The notes under the pieces were generated by a model. That model did not search any database and was not told the origin of the DNA. It worked only from the letters and a program-made list of their open reading frames with translations. The translations under genes and the position numbers were made by a program. A DNA stretch of 64,000 bases, from positions 48,794,001 to 48,858,000 of the forward strand of contig NC_043004.1 of assembly GCF_006345805.1 (NCBI RefSeq). The letters run 5' to 3'. The stretch is from Octopus sinensis. Its lineage: Eukaryota. This document shows positions 62,725 to 64,000 of this stretch, one piece after another; positions within the stretch are counted from its first letter, which is position 1, and each line of letters starts with the position of its first letter.

Positions 62725-64000
62725 TATTTACTTTTCCATACTTACATGGATCAGATGAAATTTGTTGAGGTAGTTTTTCTACAGCCAGATACCCTTCCTG
62801 TTGTTATCATTCACTGGTTTCCAAGCAGACTAATACTTCTTCACAGCCAGGCATGTTTTTTCCTGAAAGACTGGAAATACACAACCTTGCTTGTATGATG
62901 ATGATGCCCGTTTACAACCATCACATGATGTTTGGAGAAGGGTACACTCAAACACACATGCACCACACATGCACGCACACACACACACACACACACGCGC
63001 GCACCCACACACACACACACCTGTACATATAGGATGGGCTTCTTTCAGTTTTCATCCACCAAATTTACTCACAAAGCCGTGGTCAGCCCAGGGCTATAGT
63101 AGAAGACATTTGTCCAAAGTGCTGTGCAATGGAAGTGAACCTATAACACATGGTTGAGAAGTAAGCTTCTCAACCTCACACCTAAGCTTGCATCTGTACA
63201 CACACGCATTCACACACACACACACGCATATTTTTTTCTTGACTGAATATATATTACTTATTGATGTGTTATTGGTGACTAATTGGCTAACCATTAAAAG
63301 GAATTGATGTGGAGAATATGAATTTAGGGTTAAGTTTATCAAAGCTGTTATATAGGAAATTACATTAACATATCACTTGATTGCTACAACACGCTACAAT
63401 ATTTCCTCTGACTAAGCAATGCTGCTTGCGTCTTGTGATTCTTTAAATAGTACAAATATATATCTAAACTATTATATCATTCTCATAATTGTTTTACTAC
63501 AAATTAACTGTGTTATTTATTGGCTTTTGTATAACCATCAATGTAAACATAATATATTATTGTTTTGCCAGAAATAAGAAAACATCCATCAAATTGCCTT
63601 GTAATGTTTGGTTTTGTCCTTCTGTTTTCTAAGTTTAAGTCTTTTTCGGTGAGCGAAACTTTGCCTTTCATCTCTCTGAAGTGAATAAAATAATTATCAT
63701 ACATGTATAAGAGACTATACTCACCTATTACAAATTTACTACCTTAGGAAACTAAGCAGTCACTAGATAAGCTACTAATTAAGCAAACACATAAACCAGA
63801 TAAATTTGATATACATCAGGAAGTGAGATAGACACCTGGTGAAGAATATACCAACAGGAAGTGTGATAGACACCTGGTTATGAATACTAAGCCCTTCCTC
63901 AGCGAAGAATGCACCACCCGGTATAGACTAGTCAGTACCAATCTCAGGATAAGAGTTCAACACTCAAAAACACAGAGCAAACCAAAAAAGGAAGGCATGG

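Overview
AT-rich, repeat-dense eukaryotic nuclear DNA, most likely an octopod cephalopod (inferred from a cephalopod-like mitochondrial 16S insert and the SINE set). I find no intact protein-coding gene; the window looks intronic or intergenic, with only weak short-exon candidates. It contains several tRNA-derived SINE families, LINE fragments (Tx1/L1, RTE, R4/Dong-like, CR1-like), Gypsy integrase remnants, decayed Tc1/mariner elements (one DD37D), piggyBac- and hAT-type MITEs, a non-autonomous Helitron, Penelope-like remnants with minimal hammerhead ribozyme motifs, a ~1.9 kb 51-bp minisatellite, many microsatellites, and a SINE-interrupted 16S NUMT. The most interesting signals are: a tRNA-type Pol III head directly upstream of an intact-looking hammerhead in a Penelope-like end (7141-7345); variant-core hammerhead-like motifs in TA tracts; SINEs with shared heads but different tails, one resembling an RTE LINE end in the same window; and a minisatellite apparently amplified from inside a retroposon. 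SINE family letters A-D are my own labels. Coordinates were read by eye and are approximate where no target-site duplication (TSD) is given.
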